The notes beneath the pieces were generated by a model, which did not search any database, was not told where the DNA came from, and saw only the letters and a list, made by a program, of their open reading frames with translations. A stretch of DNA of 64,000 nucleotides. Origin: Prevotella sp. (GTDB lineage Bacteria > Bacteroidota > Bacteroidia > Bacteroidales > Dysgonomonadaceae). The translations under genes were made by a program, and so were the position numbers. The stretch spans positions 32,001 through 96,000 of the forward strand of contig JAITVV010000081.1 of assembly GCA_031285625.1 (NCBI GenBank), in the 5' to 3' direction. Below are positions 53,336 through 62,888 of this stretch, in pieces. Numbering within the stretch: the stretch's first letter is position 1; the number at the start of each line of letters is the position of its first letter.

Positions 53336-53354
53336 GCTGACGATAGGAAGCATC
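53328..53354 (+). repeat. REP-like repeat arm
   Basis: TTTGTCATGCTGACGATAGGAAGCATC, followed by a degenerate partner GTCGGGATCCTTCC. Confidence 0.85.
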
Positions 53355-53424
53355 TCTTGTAACTTTTGGGAGTCGGGATCCTTCCCTTTGGTAACAAGAG
53401 AAAAGGATTTTATAAAGTTGACGC

Positions 53425-55620
53425 TCATTTACTAAATTTTACTTTCAGACTCACATAATAAGTACGTCCGGGAGAGAGCGTCGCATAGTTTTGATTGAAA
53501 GGCTTGTCATCAACAAAGTCGAAGATGTTTTCGATACCAAATCCGGGCTCAAATACAATTCCGTTATAATCTTTGAATGTATGACGTGTGGCAAAGTTCC
53601 ATAACTGATATGCACGGGCATCGTCACCATTGTCATAGTATCTGCGACTTTGCAGACGTCCGTTTATATTGAAGTTAGATCTTAATATACCCCAGTCTTT
53701 ATACCAGTTTGCGTTTACATTTCCTGTATGCCTGCTTATCCTCTGCAGACGTTTGCCTGTATCGAGATCTTTAGCGTTTACATAACTATATCCACCACCC
53801 AATGTGATGTTATATCCGAGGTATGAACTAAAAGTAAAGTCAACCCCCTGAATCCGTGCCTTTCCAATATTCTCATATGATGATTTCTTATCATATCCTT
53901 CAGCTATTTCTTCAGGAGTCATATCCATTTCAATTATCTCAATCTTATTTTTTAGATCATTGATGTAGCCGTTTACAGACATTGTAAGAAAACTACTCAT
54001 ATATTCTGCATTCAGGGAATAATAATTGGAACTTTCAGGTTTCAGGTTTTTATTACCCACACTCAGAGTCGTCTTTCCTCTGCTGGTAACCTCTGTCTTC
54101 ATGAATAATTGCTTGAGATCAGGAGTCTTAAATCCGGAAGCGTACGATGCCCTGAAATTAAAGTTACTCAGTGAATACATTGCACTCAGCTTGGGGGTCA
54201 CCCTGTTCTTGAATGTTTCGTTGTAGATATAGCGTATACCGGGAACAATATTCAGTTTATCAAAAAGCTTGATCTCATCCTGAGCATACACTGCCATAGT
54301 ATAGACATCCTTTGATCCTCCTATACTGTCTGATGGAGCATAAAGATTATCAACCTTGTATTCCGTTCCGACAGTCACTTTATTGTATTTTCCTGCATAG
54401 AAAGAACCTTTAAGGTTGATATTGGTATATTTTTGCCTTCTTACAAATTCTTCCTGTCCAACGGCAAATACGGTACCGTTCTTATCTTTTGTTTCTTTCA
54501 GGTAATCTTTATAATACTCGAATTTATCAGTATTCCAATCCAAGGATATTACACCATTATTTTTCAATAGATACTTCGCTCCTGCTCCAAATGAATAGTC
54601 TTCATATCTCATATCAAAGCCATAAGCACTTACAGGGCGTTTAAACTTTTTATCGAAAATACTTCCTTCAACATATATGCTGAAATCCTTTGTTGGAGCA
54701 TATCCGAATCTTTGACTAAGTACATCGGAATAGAATCGTAGCATAGCTTGTTTGTCTGTATCTACCAATTCATCATTAAGCATTTCTTTTGTATTCAGCT
54801 GCCAGCCATCAGCCTGATTCCGTTGAAAAGATGTAGAGGAAGAAAAACCATCTGCATTCAGGTATAAGTTAACATTCTGTGTTAACTGTCCATATTTTGA
54901 GAGACGGGTTTCTGCCGAAAAGTTTATCAGGTCTTTAGGTTTATTTGTTATTATATTAATAACTCCTGCCATGGCATCAGAACCATAAAGAGAAGATGCC
55001 GCACCTTTCAGGACTTCTATTCTCTTCACATTACTCATGTCTATCCTGTTAAGATCTGTATTGCCACCTACATCCCCTCCCATTTTTTTACCGTCAACCA
55101 GCACTAATATATATCTGTTGCTTAAGCCATTGAGTTGCATATAAGACCCCATGGCATTAGGTGTGAAAGACAACGAGGGATTAAGGGCGGTCATGGCATT
55201 CTCGAAAGTCGGGATACTTACATTTTCCAGTTCTCTTTTAGAGATTACATCTATCACTACAGGAGAATTCTTGAGTTTGTTGAGGGTTCCTGTTCCTGTT
55301 ACCACCACTTCATTTAGTTTGAGGGGTGAGCGTTCCATCTTCACAAGAACATTTTCGTTAGAGTCACTTACAGGCATCCGTCCTCCGGTATAGTCCAGAG
55401 CACTCACTCTCAGGAGTTGGTCTCCTTCGGGTACTTTTTCCAGATAGAATTCACCTCTTGAGTCGGTAGAAGTTCCGATGGTTGTGTATTCGATCCATAC
55501 ACTGGCTCCTGAAATAGGTTTCTGATTCTCATCAACAACTTTTCCTTTCAGTGTTAGTTGGGCAAACACCAAATTTACAGCACAGCATAATAATGCTGTC
55601 AGCAATACTTTCTTTTTCAT
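53425..55620 (-). CDS. btuB: TonB-dependent cobalamin receptor (BtuB-like)
   Basis: LNEVVVTGT and IEVLKGAASSLYGSDAMAGVINIIT motifs; first gene behind a cobalamin riboswitch. Confidence 0.85.
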   Translation of the reverse strand: MKKKVLLTALLCCAVNLVFAQLTLKGKVVDENQKPISGASVWIEYTTIGTSTDSRGEFYLEKVPEGDQLLRVSALDYTGGRMPVSDSNENVLVKMERSPLKLNEVVVTGTGTLNKLKNSPVVIDVISKRELENVSIPTFENAMTALNPSLSFTPNAMGSYMQLNGLSNRYILVLVDGKKMGGDVGGNTDLNRIDMSNVKRIEVLKGAASSLYGSDAMAGVINIITNKPKDLINFSAETRLSKYGQLTQNVNLYLNADGFSSSTSFQRNQADGWQLNTKEMLNDELVDTDKQAMLRFYSDVLSQRFGYAPTKDFSIYVEGSIFDKKFKRPVSAYGFDMRYEDYSFGAGAKYLLKNNGVISLDWNTDKFEYYKDYLKETKDKNGTVFAVGQEEFVRRQKYTNINLKGSFYAGKYNKVTVGTEYKVDNLYAPSDSIGGSKDVYTMAVYAQDEIKLFDKLNIVPGIRYIYNETFKNRVTPKLSAMYSLSNFNFRASYASGFKTPDLKQLFMKTEVTSRGKTTLSVGNKNLKPESSNYYSLNAEYMSSFLTMSVNGYINDLKNKIEIIEMDMTPEEIAEGYDKKSSYENIGKARIQGVDFTFSSYLGYNITLGGGYSYVNAKDLDTGKRLQRISRHTGNVNANWYKDWGILRSNFNINGRLQSRRYYDNGDDARAYQLWNFATRHTFKDYNGIVFEPGFGIENIFDFVDDKPFNQNYATLSPGRTYYVSLKVKFSK

Positions 55621-55685
55621 TAAGATTATGAAGTATAATGTTAGTCACTATATTCTTGGCCCCGAGAATATTATTTACTTGTTTG

Positions 55686-55860
55686 CCTGGCAGGTTTCCT
55701 GACTTACTCTATTTTGAACGCCTTCCCATTCTTATGAACAGTGGCAAAGTGATGTTCAAAACTTTTTAAAAGAGGTCACAGTAGCGGGCACTGTTCCGGA
55801 TTCTAACCGGATTCCCTTTTTATGTAAATAGACGGATGCCTATATACATCACCTAAGCGG
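55686..55860 (-). ncRNA. Cobalamin riboswitch
   Basis: Minus strand AGGT...AAAAGGGAATCCGGTTAGAATCCGGAACAGTGCCCGCTACTGT...GCCACTG...GGGAAGG...AGTCAGGAAACCTGCC (B12 box). Confidence 0.96.
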
Positions 55861-55863
55861 TGG

Positions 55864-55871
55864 CAAAGTTA
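55864..55871 (-). promoter_or_regulatory. -7 promoter box of the btuB/cbi operon
   Basis: TAACTTTG immediately upstream of the riboswitch. Confidence 0.7.
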
Positions 55872-55925
55872 AATTTAAAAAATATTAGAAAAAAGGATTT
55901 TGAAGAATAATTTTTTTGAAAGATA

Positions 55926-56111
55926 AGTTTGTCTTATATATAGAGGTCTTTGAAATAATTGGGAGAAGAAAGTTACAACTAAAAATAGGTGGAAAAAGTG
56001 TTACTTTTGTCACCTTTTATATTAAACTCATCTATAAGTATCTGATAACATATTATTTAGATATAAATGCTAAAATAGTTGACTTTGTATATTTTGTTAC
56101 TTTTATTACTT
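55926..56111 (+). repeat. Dispersed GT(T/C)AC repeat element, copy C (extended)
   Basis: TTTGTCTTATATA..TCTTTGAAATAATTG..AAAGTTACA-N22-GTTACTTTTGTCACCTTTT, plus an extra TTTTGTTACTTTTATTAC near 56092-56109. Confidence 0.75.
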
Positions 56112-56157
56112 AGAGATAAAAGCTTTTCATATTTTTGCAGGAACAAACGAAATCATT

Positions 56158-57453
56158 ATGCCAGATATTTCAAGTTTTCTTATTTCTGCAACTGCATCGG
56201 GATCCGGTAAAACCACCATTACATTAGGCCTGTTAAGAGCATTGAAAAACAGAGGACTGAACACCCAGCCTTTCAAATGTGGCCCCGACTATATCGATAC
56301 TAAATATCATGATCTGGCTTCCGGTAGTAAGTCAGTTAACCTTGACTTGTTTTTATCATCAGAGCAGCATGTAGAGGCAATATACAGAAAATATGCATCC
56401 AGATCAGACGTCAGCATCACTGAAGGTGTAATGGGATTATTTGATGGCTATGATAAGATGAAAGGAAGCAGCGCCGAGATTGCAGAATTATTAAACATTC
56501 CTGTTATTTTGATAATCAATGCAAAGTCAATGGCTTATTCTGCTGCTGCTATGCTTTATGGCTTCAAGAACTTTTATAAAAATATCAATCTGGTCGGAGT
56601 TATATTCAATTTTGTAGGTTCTGAAAGTCATTACGGATTTTTGAAAGAGGCCTGTCAGGCTGTCGGACTGGAAGCATTGGGGTATTTGCCGAAGAATGTG
56701 TCTGTCGAGATCCCATCAAGGCATTTAGGGTTAAGCCTTGATAAAGAATACCGTTTTGATGATTTTGCTGAGAATTTAGCTGCTCTGGTAGAGAAATATA
56801 TTGATATAGACAAATTATTAGCTCTGACCGTTAGTAAGGTTGAGCTTCCTGTTAATAAGCCTGTTATGTCTAATAAAAATCTGCGAATTGCCGTTGCTGC
56901 TGATGAGGCTTTCAATTTTATGTATCAGGAGAATCTGGAGCACTTTAATAAGATTGGGGATGTTTCCTATTTTAGTCCTCTCACTGATAAGGAGTTGCCC
57001 GATGCCGACTTAGTCTATTTGCCGGGAGGATATCCTGAATTGTATTTGAAGCAGTTGAGTGATAATCATTTGATGAAAAACAGTATCCAAAATTATATCG
57101 AAAATGGAGGATATCTGCTTGCCGAATGCGGTGGAATGATGTATTTATCTACCTCGATTTCGGATAAAGAAGGGAATGCCTATTCAATGGTGGGTATTTT
57201 CGATCAGAAAGCAACTATGGAAAATATGAAACTCAAGCTGGGATACAGGCAATTTGAATATAATAGCATAAGAATGAAAGGGCATGAGTTTCACTATTCT
57301 TCTATAGAGAGCAACGAAAGCAGTATTACTCAGCAGTTGAATGCAAAAGGGACTCCTGTAGATACCAAGCTAATGCGATATAAAAATACTATTGCAGGGT
57401 ATACTCATTTATATTGGGCTGAAATGGATAATATCACGGAGTTATTCAGATAG
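56158..57453 (+). CDS. cbiA: Cobyrinate a,c-diamide synthase
   Basis: SGSGKTT, FKCGPDYID, EGVMGLFDG, SRHLGL, GGYPEL, AECGG and GHEFHYS motifs. Confidence 0.97.
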   Translation: MPDISSFLISATASGSGKTTITLGLLRALKNRGLNTQPFKCGPDYIDTKYHDLASGSKSVNLDLFLSSEQHVEAIYRKYASRSDVSITEGVMGLFDGYDKMKGSSAEIAELLNIPVILIINAKSMAYSAAAMLYGFKNFYKNINLVGVIFNFVGSESHYGFLKEACQAVGLEALGYLPKNVSVEIPSRHLGLSLDKEYRFDDFAENLAALVEKYIDIDKLLALTVSKVELPVNKPVMSNKNLRIAVAADEAFNFMYQENLEHFNKIGDVSYFSPLTDKELPDADLVYLPGGYPELYLKQLSDNHLMKNSIQNYIENGGYLLAECGGMMYLSTSISDKEGNAYSMVGIFDQKATMENMKLKLGYRQFEYNSIRMKGHEFHYSSIESNESSITQQLNAKGTPVDTKLMRYKNTIAGYTHLYWAEMDNITELFR

Positions 57454-57470
57454 GATCCTATCAAAAATCT

Positions 57471-58406
57471 TTATTTGCCATAAATCGCCCCCTGATAAGT
57501 TTCTCTTTCTGCAAAGCGTTTCAAAACTTTTGCGGTGAATTCGAAGTTTTTCAATCCCCAATCAGGTGCTATTAGGAGTTGCTTGGGAGACTGAGATATA
57601 AAACGTTCTATAATAAAGTCGGGATTCAATCTTTCTGCAAAATCAATACACAGATCAATATAATCATCTACTTTAAATAGATTGAACCACTCAGGATGCT
57701 CACGGTATTGTTTTGCCATAACTGTCCCCTTTATCAGTTGCAACTGATGCATTTTCAATGTTGTCAATGGCAACTTTGCCACAATATTGGCATGGGCCAG
57801 TATCTGCTCACGGCTTTCATGTGGTAACCCCAAAATAAGGTGTGCGCCGGTATATATCCCTTTATCGGCAGTTTTAAGAATAGCCTCCTCACTTTCCTGA
57901 TGTGTATGCCCCCGGTTGATAAACTTTAATGTGGAATCCAGCGTTGATTCCAGTCCATATTCGATAATCAGAAAAGTCTTTTTATTTAGTTCAGCAAAAT
58001 AATCCAATAGTTCATCTGGCATACAATCGGGTCTTGTACCAATAATCAGGCCAACCACATTAGGGTACGATAAGGCTTCTTCATATAATCCAATAAGCTT
58101 ATCTATGCTATCATATGTATTGGTATATGACTGAAAATAAGCCAGATATTTCATATCGGGATATTTGTAAGAAAAGAAATCAATCCCGTCTTTTAACTGA
58201 TCGCTCACGGTTCGCTGCCTGCCTCCATATCCTGGACTGAAACTTTGATTATTACAATATGTACAGCCTCCTACGGCTTTCGATCCATCCCTGTTGGGAC
58301 AGGTAAAGCCTGCATTAATCGATATTTTCTGGACTTTATATGGGAAGTGTTTTGAAAGTAGCTCTCCAAATTCTTTATAGAATTTATTTTCCATTATTTT
58401 ATTCAA
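57471..58406 (-). CDS. TIGR01212 (YhcC-like) radical SAM protein
   Basis: GFTCPNRDG...GGCTYC, YFQSYTNTY and GTRPDC motifs. The ATG start is probably 58394. Confidence 0.95.
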   Translation of the reverse strand: MNKIMENKFYKEFGELLSKHFPYKVQKISINAGFTCPNRDGSKAVGGCTYCNNQSFSPGYGGRQRTVSDQLKDGIDFFSYKYPDMKYLAYFQSYTNTYDSIDKLIGLYEEALSYPNVVGLIIGTRPDCMPDELLDYFAELNKKTFLIIEYGLESTLDSTLKFINRGHTHQESEEAILKTADKGIYTGAHLILGLPHESREQILAHANIVAKLPLTTLKMHQLQLIKGTVMAKQYREHPEWFNLFKVDDYIDLCIDFAERLNPDFIIERFISQSPKQLLIAPDWGLKNFEFTAKVLKRFAERETYQGAIYGK

Positions 58407-58570
58407 TTTGTATGCAAAGGTAATAATATGTAGAATGAATTTATTTCATGATTTGTATTTTAACTCAAAACAATAAAGCCGAGGCTTACTAAAGAAAAAT
58501 CATTCATATACCTTTACTTCTGGGATATTCTTTATATTTGTTTCTAATTGTATTAAATTAACAATAGGCT

Positions 58571-59947
58571 ATGTTTCAATTTTTTAAAAGACTTTTTGGT
58601 ATAGAGGATAATCCTACCCCTCAAAAACAATTTATACAGACCACAACAGAGAAATCAATAAATGAATCTGCATCTGTTACTTTCCTTGATTTGATCAGTG
58701 AATGTTGCATTTCCGATGGGGAAAGCTATACTTTAAAACCCAAAGCAGATTGGAATCTTAGAGGTAAGCTTGACAGGGAATATGCATTTCTATTTAGGAA
58801 TCTAAAAGAGAACATTCACAAGCTGGATGATAAGGAAATAGAACAGGTTTATTATCTATGCCTGGTGGCAGGAAAGGTTTTGTATGACATTGAGCCTACA
58901 TACTATTTAATGGTAAAAGCATATAAAAAGTTTCTGAAGGACAAACATAACGGTTTCCTTAGTGGAGGGAATGGGTTATTTTTATTCGGATTTGACAATA
59001 AATTCAAAATAAATCCAGATCAGAAGTATGATGAATATAGACAATATTGTTTTTTCCTAATAGCAAATCCTGACTGCCATTTCGAAGTGGTTAGCTATCG
59101 TAGCTGGATGTGGAGATTGAGATATAAGCAGCCTTTTATTGCAAATGAAATCTGTTTACCCCGCATTTCCCAGATATTGAGAACTACGATTAGATCTGTA
59201 AAACAACAGGAAAAATATATGATGTGGCAGGCCTATTTTGTTTTGTTACTTAATCCTTCTCCGATATCTCAGGATACAATTGAATTCGTAGAATCTATAA
59301 AGACCAAATCGAAACAGTTTAAGAAGCAGCTTGAACGTATTGATGCTATAGCTAAAGATTACCAAGAAAATAATGACAGGCATTATTGGTATAAAATAAC
59401 GCTTGACGACCATTTGTTACAAAAACAAATAAAACTGGAACTTCAGGGTCAGAAAATCCCTGAACTTATTAAACCATTAGGATTAATACCTACTTCATTT
59501 AACTGGCGATTCTCGGTAGAATTTTCAACTGGCGATTTTTCAAAATGTAAAGAAAACCATAGACCAGCACCCGGCTTGACAAATAAAGACGCTATTCTGG
59601 GACTTCACATTTCAGCTGGAAATAAATGGGTTGTCGATTTGCAATGGTATCTGCCATCCGAAAAGGCTCATTATATCCGGGAGGCATCGCACGACCGCCC
59701 ACGCATTATGTGGCGTAATATGTACCAACATCCGATAAGTTACCAGCCTTCATTGAAAGAAAAAATTCCAGATTTTCAGGATATGCATAATTTCCCTGAA
59801 TTAGTAAATCAATTGCAGGAGATATTTAGTCTGGACTTTAAGAAACAGGCTGTTATTACGGTTAAAGGATTGAAAGTAGAAGATAAAATACCAATTGAAA
59901 AATGGCTGTCTCTTTGTGTTAACAGTGTCGTTTTTGAGAATGCATAG
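58571..59947 (+). CDS. Hypothetical protein
   Basis: 458-aa ORF with no recognisable motif. Confidence 0.75.
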   Translation: MFQFFKRLFGIEDNPTPQKQFIQTTTEKSINESASVTFLDLISECCISDGESYTLKPKADWNLRGKLDREYAFLFRNLKENIHKLDDKEIEQVYYLCLVAGKVLYDIEPTYYLMVKAYKKFLKDKHNGFLSGGNGLFLFGFDNKFKINPDQKYDEYRQYCFFLIANPDCHFEVVSYRSWMWRLRYKQPFIANEICLPRISQILRTTIRSVKQQEKYMMWQAYFVLLLNPSPISQDTIEFVESIKTKSKQFKKQLERIDAIAKDYQENNDRHYWYKITLDDHLLQKQIKLELQGQKIPELIKPLGLIPTSFNWRFSVEFSTGDFSKCKENHRPAPGLTNKDAILGLHISAGNKWVVDLQWYLPSEKAHYIREASHDRPRIMWRNMYQHPISYQPSLKEKIPDFQDMHNFPELVNQLQEIFSLDFKKQAVITVKGLKVEDKIPIEKWLSLCVNSVVFENA

Positions 59948-59949
59948 GA

Positions 59950-59980
59950 TAAAAAAGCCCGATAAAATCAGGCTTTTTTA
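59950..59980. terminator. Bidirectional intrinsic terminator
   Basis: TAAAAAAGCC...GGCTTTTTTA between convergent genes. Confidence 0.75.
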
Positions 59981-59991
59981 TTTATATATTT

Positions 59992-60646
59992 CTAAAATTT
60001 ATATCCTAAGGATATAGATACATTCATATTTTTTACTGAGACGTCACTTCCATCAAATTGTCCCCATTCATCCATATCAAATATACCAAAGTCAGAGATA
60101 TTCACCAAACCGAAATCACAATTTACTCCTGCATTTATCTTTCCGAATTCGGCGCCAACACCAAAGCCTAATCCAAAATCAAATCTTTTCATTTTGATTC
60201 CTCCAGCTTCAGCATCATCACTAAATGCTCCTACACTGACCTCTGAGCCACCTTCTTTCACCTTCCACTTACCATCTACTGCGTAAGCAAGGTAAGGACC
60301 TGCATGAAATAGTATTCTTGTATCATTACTTACGGTTATTTTATATCCTGCATATAGGTAGTTGCAGATATGATAAGTTCAATTTTAAATTTGTATTGTC
60401 ATCTACTTTTGAGCCCTTTGTTGTAAACTCTAAACCGGTAAGTAAATAAAAATCAGGCGTCAAAGCATAATCAGCTGTTACTCCAACATTAAAACCTACT
60501 TTTAGTTTTGAATCCTCAAAATCACCACTAACATTAGACATATTCATTCCAGCCTTTACCCCAAAAGTCAAAGGTTTATTCTGTGCACTAGCTACTACTC
60601 CAATTAATAATGCAACTGTAATCAAACTTGCCTTAATAGCTTTCAT
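59992..60646 (-). pseudogene. Frameshifted PorT-like/porin-family outer membrane beta-barrel gene
   Basis: ORF1 ends ...YLQLPI. A shift near 60352 continues AGYKITVSNDTRILFHAGPYLAYAVDGKWKV into ORF2, which ends SLGYKF. Confidence 0.85.
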
Positions 60647-60731
60647 ATAATCTTTTTTAGTTAATTAGTTAAGTTATTTAAATCTAAACCCTGTAAAGAT
60701 ATTCTTTTTTTAAATAGCATGCTGCCTATAT

Positions 60732-60771
60732 ATAGATAAAAGCCTCATAAAAATATGAGGCTTTTATCTAT
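60732..60771 (-). terminator. Intrinsic terminator
   Basis: ATAGATAAAAGCCTCATA-AAAA-TATGAGGCTTTTATCTAT. Confidence 0.8.
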
Positions 60772-60789
60772 CTTTTTAATTCTAAGATT

Positions 60790-61422
60790 TTAGAATAAAA
60801 ATTTAACACCTACCTGTAGTTCACCCACAGTACGGTCACCTATTGATTTAAAAGGATTAGCATTAAACTCGAAAGAGGTACTGCCATCGCCTCCTTTAGG
60901 TTTTGAACGAGAGTAACCTGTATTCAAAATTGTGAATGAAGTTTCAATTGTTAACCAGCTGTTTATAACATAATCAAATCCTGGAGACAATTCTAAACCA
61001 ATATTAGTAGTATTAGTTTTACCAGAATCCTTAGCTCCTTCAGAATTACCAATAATCACAGGTAAAGCTGCCTGTCCAAAGAAGAAAAGTCCACCAGAAA
61101 TATTCCAGTATTTTCTAACTAATGGTTTTACAACAAAATTATTGGTTTTCAAGTATTGTTCTCCTTCAATTTTGGAATTACCACCCATATATCCTAGACC
61201 AATACCTAAAGCTACATCAGGTGAGACGAAGGTACCAATAATAGGTAACACAGTTGTATTTGTGATTTTTTGTTCACCAGTAACATCTCCCACTTTAACT
61301 CCTTTATTTTTCGCACTGCCAAAAGATAATTGACCACCAGCAAACCATGTACCTTTGAGACCTTGTGCACTAACACACATACTGATGACAGCCAAAACTG
61401 CCACTAAGAATAATTTTTTCAT
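60790..61422 (-). CDS. Small outer membrane beta-barrel protein
   Basis: Signal peptide, alternating beta-strands and C-terminal GVKFLF. Confidence 0.85.
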   Translation of the reverse strand: MKKLFLVAVLAVISMCVSAQGLKGTWFAGGQLSFGSAKNKGVKVGDVTGEQKITNTTVLPIIGTFVSPDVALGIGLGYMGGNSKIEGEQYLKTNNFVVKPLVRKYWNISGGLFFFGQAALPVIIGNSEGAKDSGKTNTTNIGLELSPGFDYVINSWLTIETSFTILNTGYSRSKPKGGDGSTSFEFNANPFKSIGDRTVGELQVGVKFLF

Positions 61423-61550
61423 AGCTTTTAAATTTAAAAAGTGACTAAATAACTTAACTCTATTTCCAGTTTTCTCTATTATTGTAGCCGTAAATATAGC
61501 TAAATTTTTATAAATTTCACATTTTAAACTTAAAAAATAGTTTTTTTATG

Positions 61551-62321
61551 TTAATCTGAAATAATTGTACCTGAATTGTCACTCAAATGTGTGGCACTCG
61601 TTATTATTACTTCTTTAACCCCTGCTTTTATGGCTTCAAAAGAGTTCTCAAGCTTAGGAATCATCCCTCCCTGAATTACACCTTCATTAACCAGCCTCTT
61701 AAAATCTCCTTCGTCTAATCTTGGTATAACACTATCATCATCATTCTCATCCATCAATACACCTTTTTTCTCAAAACAGAAAACCAGGCTTACATCAAAA
61801 ACTTTGGCCAAAGCTTTTGCAGTTTCTCCCGCTATTGTATCTGCATTTGTATTCAGTATATTTCCCTTTCCATCATGTGTTAACGGTGCCAGTATAGGCA
61901 CTACACCCTGAGAAATAAGGTTGGATAGTATATTTATATTCACTTCTTTTACATCACCAACATATCCGTAATCAATATCTTTAACCGGACGCTTCTCCGA
62001 ACAAATAAGATTCAGGTCGGTACCTGTAAGCCCAAGGGCATTCACACCTAAGGCCTGTAAACCTGCGACAATATTTTTATTGACCAGTCCCCCATAGACC
62101 ATTGTTACCACCTGTAATGTATCCTTATCGGTTATCCGGCGACCATTTACCATCCGGCTTTCAATACCAAGCCTTTCGGCCAGTTTAGTTGCAGAACGTC
62201 CTCCTCCATGTACGAGGATCTTATACCCTTCTATAGGGGAAAAATCTTTAAGTAATTGTTGTAGCGATTGTTCTTCTTCAACAATCTTCCCTCCTACTTT
62301 TATAATCGTCAGCTTATCCAT
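61551..62321 (-). CDS. argB: Acetylglutamate kinase
   Basis: IKVGG, VHGGG, GRRITD, NTNAD and GGMIPK motifs. Confidence 0.97.
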   Translation of the reverse strand: MDKLTIIKVGGKIVEEEQSLQQLLKDFSPIEGYKILVHGGGRSATKLAERLGIESRMVNGRRITDKDTLQVVTMVYGGLVNKNIVAGLQALGVNALGLTGTDLNLICSEKRPVKDIDYGYVGDVKEVNINILSNLISQGVVPILAPLTHDGKGNILNTNADTIAGETAKALAKVFDVSLVFCFEKKGVLMDENDDDSVIPRLDEGDFKRLVNEGVIQGGMIPKLENSFEAIKAGVKEVIITSATHLSDNSGTIISD

Positions 62322-62350
62322 TTCAATTTTATTATTTATTCAACTCTAAG

Positions 62351-62444
62351 AAAAAGTAACAAAAGTAACACCTTTTCAACCATTTTATATTGTCACTTTT
62401 ATTTAAAACGGCAATCATTTAAAGATTGTCTTATATAAGACAAA
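62351..62444 (-). repeat. Dispersed GT(T/C)AC repeat element, copy D (extended)
   Basis: Minus strand TTTGTCTTATATAAGACAATCTTTAAATGATTG..AAAGTGACA-N21-GTTACTTTTGTTACTTTTT; aligns with copy C over about 90 nt. Confidence 0.78.
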
Positions 62445-62478
62445 TTAAAGTGCAAATAACATGTAGAATACAAAAATA

Positions 62479-62512
62479 AAAAGAGATTGAATCTGATGAA
62501 ACAATCTCTTTT
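62479..62512 (-). terminator. rpsO terminator
   Basis: AAAAGAGATTG...CAATCTCTTTT with a T-rich tail on the minus strand. Confidence 0.75.
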
Positions 62513-62531
62513 AAATTTTCGCTGGAAAGAA

Positions 62532-62801
62532 TTACTTTCTGATACCTAATTCTTTGATGATAGCACGATATCTTTCGATATCGTTATCGATCAGATAGTC
62601 AAGCAAACGACGACGTTTACCTACAAGGCGTCTTAGTGATCTTTCTGTGTTATAGTCCTTCTTATTTAACTTCAAATGTTCAGTTAAATGCGAAATACGG
62701 TATGAAAACAATGCTATCTGAGCTTCAGGTGAGCCAGTATCAGTGTTAGACTTTCCGTATTTAGCGAAGAGTTCTTGCTTTTTAGCTGAATCTAAATACA
62801 T
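62532..62801 (-). CDS. rpsO: 30S ribosomal protein S15
   Basis: DTGSPEAQIALFS, HLTEHL and LVGKRRRLLDYL motifs. Confidence 0.99.
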   Translation of the reverse strand: MYLDSAKKQELFAKYGKSNTDTGSPEAQIALFSYRISHLTEHLKLNKKDYNTERSLRRLVGKRRRLLDYLIDNDIERYRAIIKELGIRK

Positions 62802-62834
62802 AAGTAATTATTTATAATTTATTTAAACGAGGTG

Positions 62835-62842
62835 CAAAGATA
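62835..62842 (-). promoter_or_regulatory. -7 promoter box for rpsO
   Basis: TATCTTTG on the minus strand. Confidence 0.65.
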
Positions 62843-62888
62843 AAACTTATTTTGTGAGTCACAAACATTTAAGCCATAAAATGCAGGG

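Noticed and set aside
53336-53428. 31-aa N-terminal extension of the BtuF-like ORF
   Set aside because: It largely translates the REP-like sequence and precedes a canonical lipoprotein signal, so the start is more likely 53335.
55916-56113. 65-aa ORF with VTFVTF repeats (also 42087-42272)
   Set aside because: It is a translation of the GTTACTTTT non-coding repeat, not a credible protein.
57471-58406. Radical SAM enzyme as maturase for the Cys-rich peptide
   Set aside because: It is the widespread TIGR01212 family, has no SPASM or RRE domain, and lies about 18 kb away.
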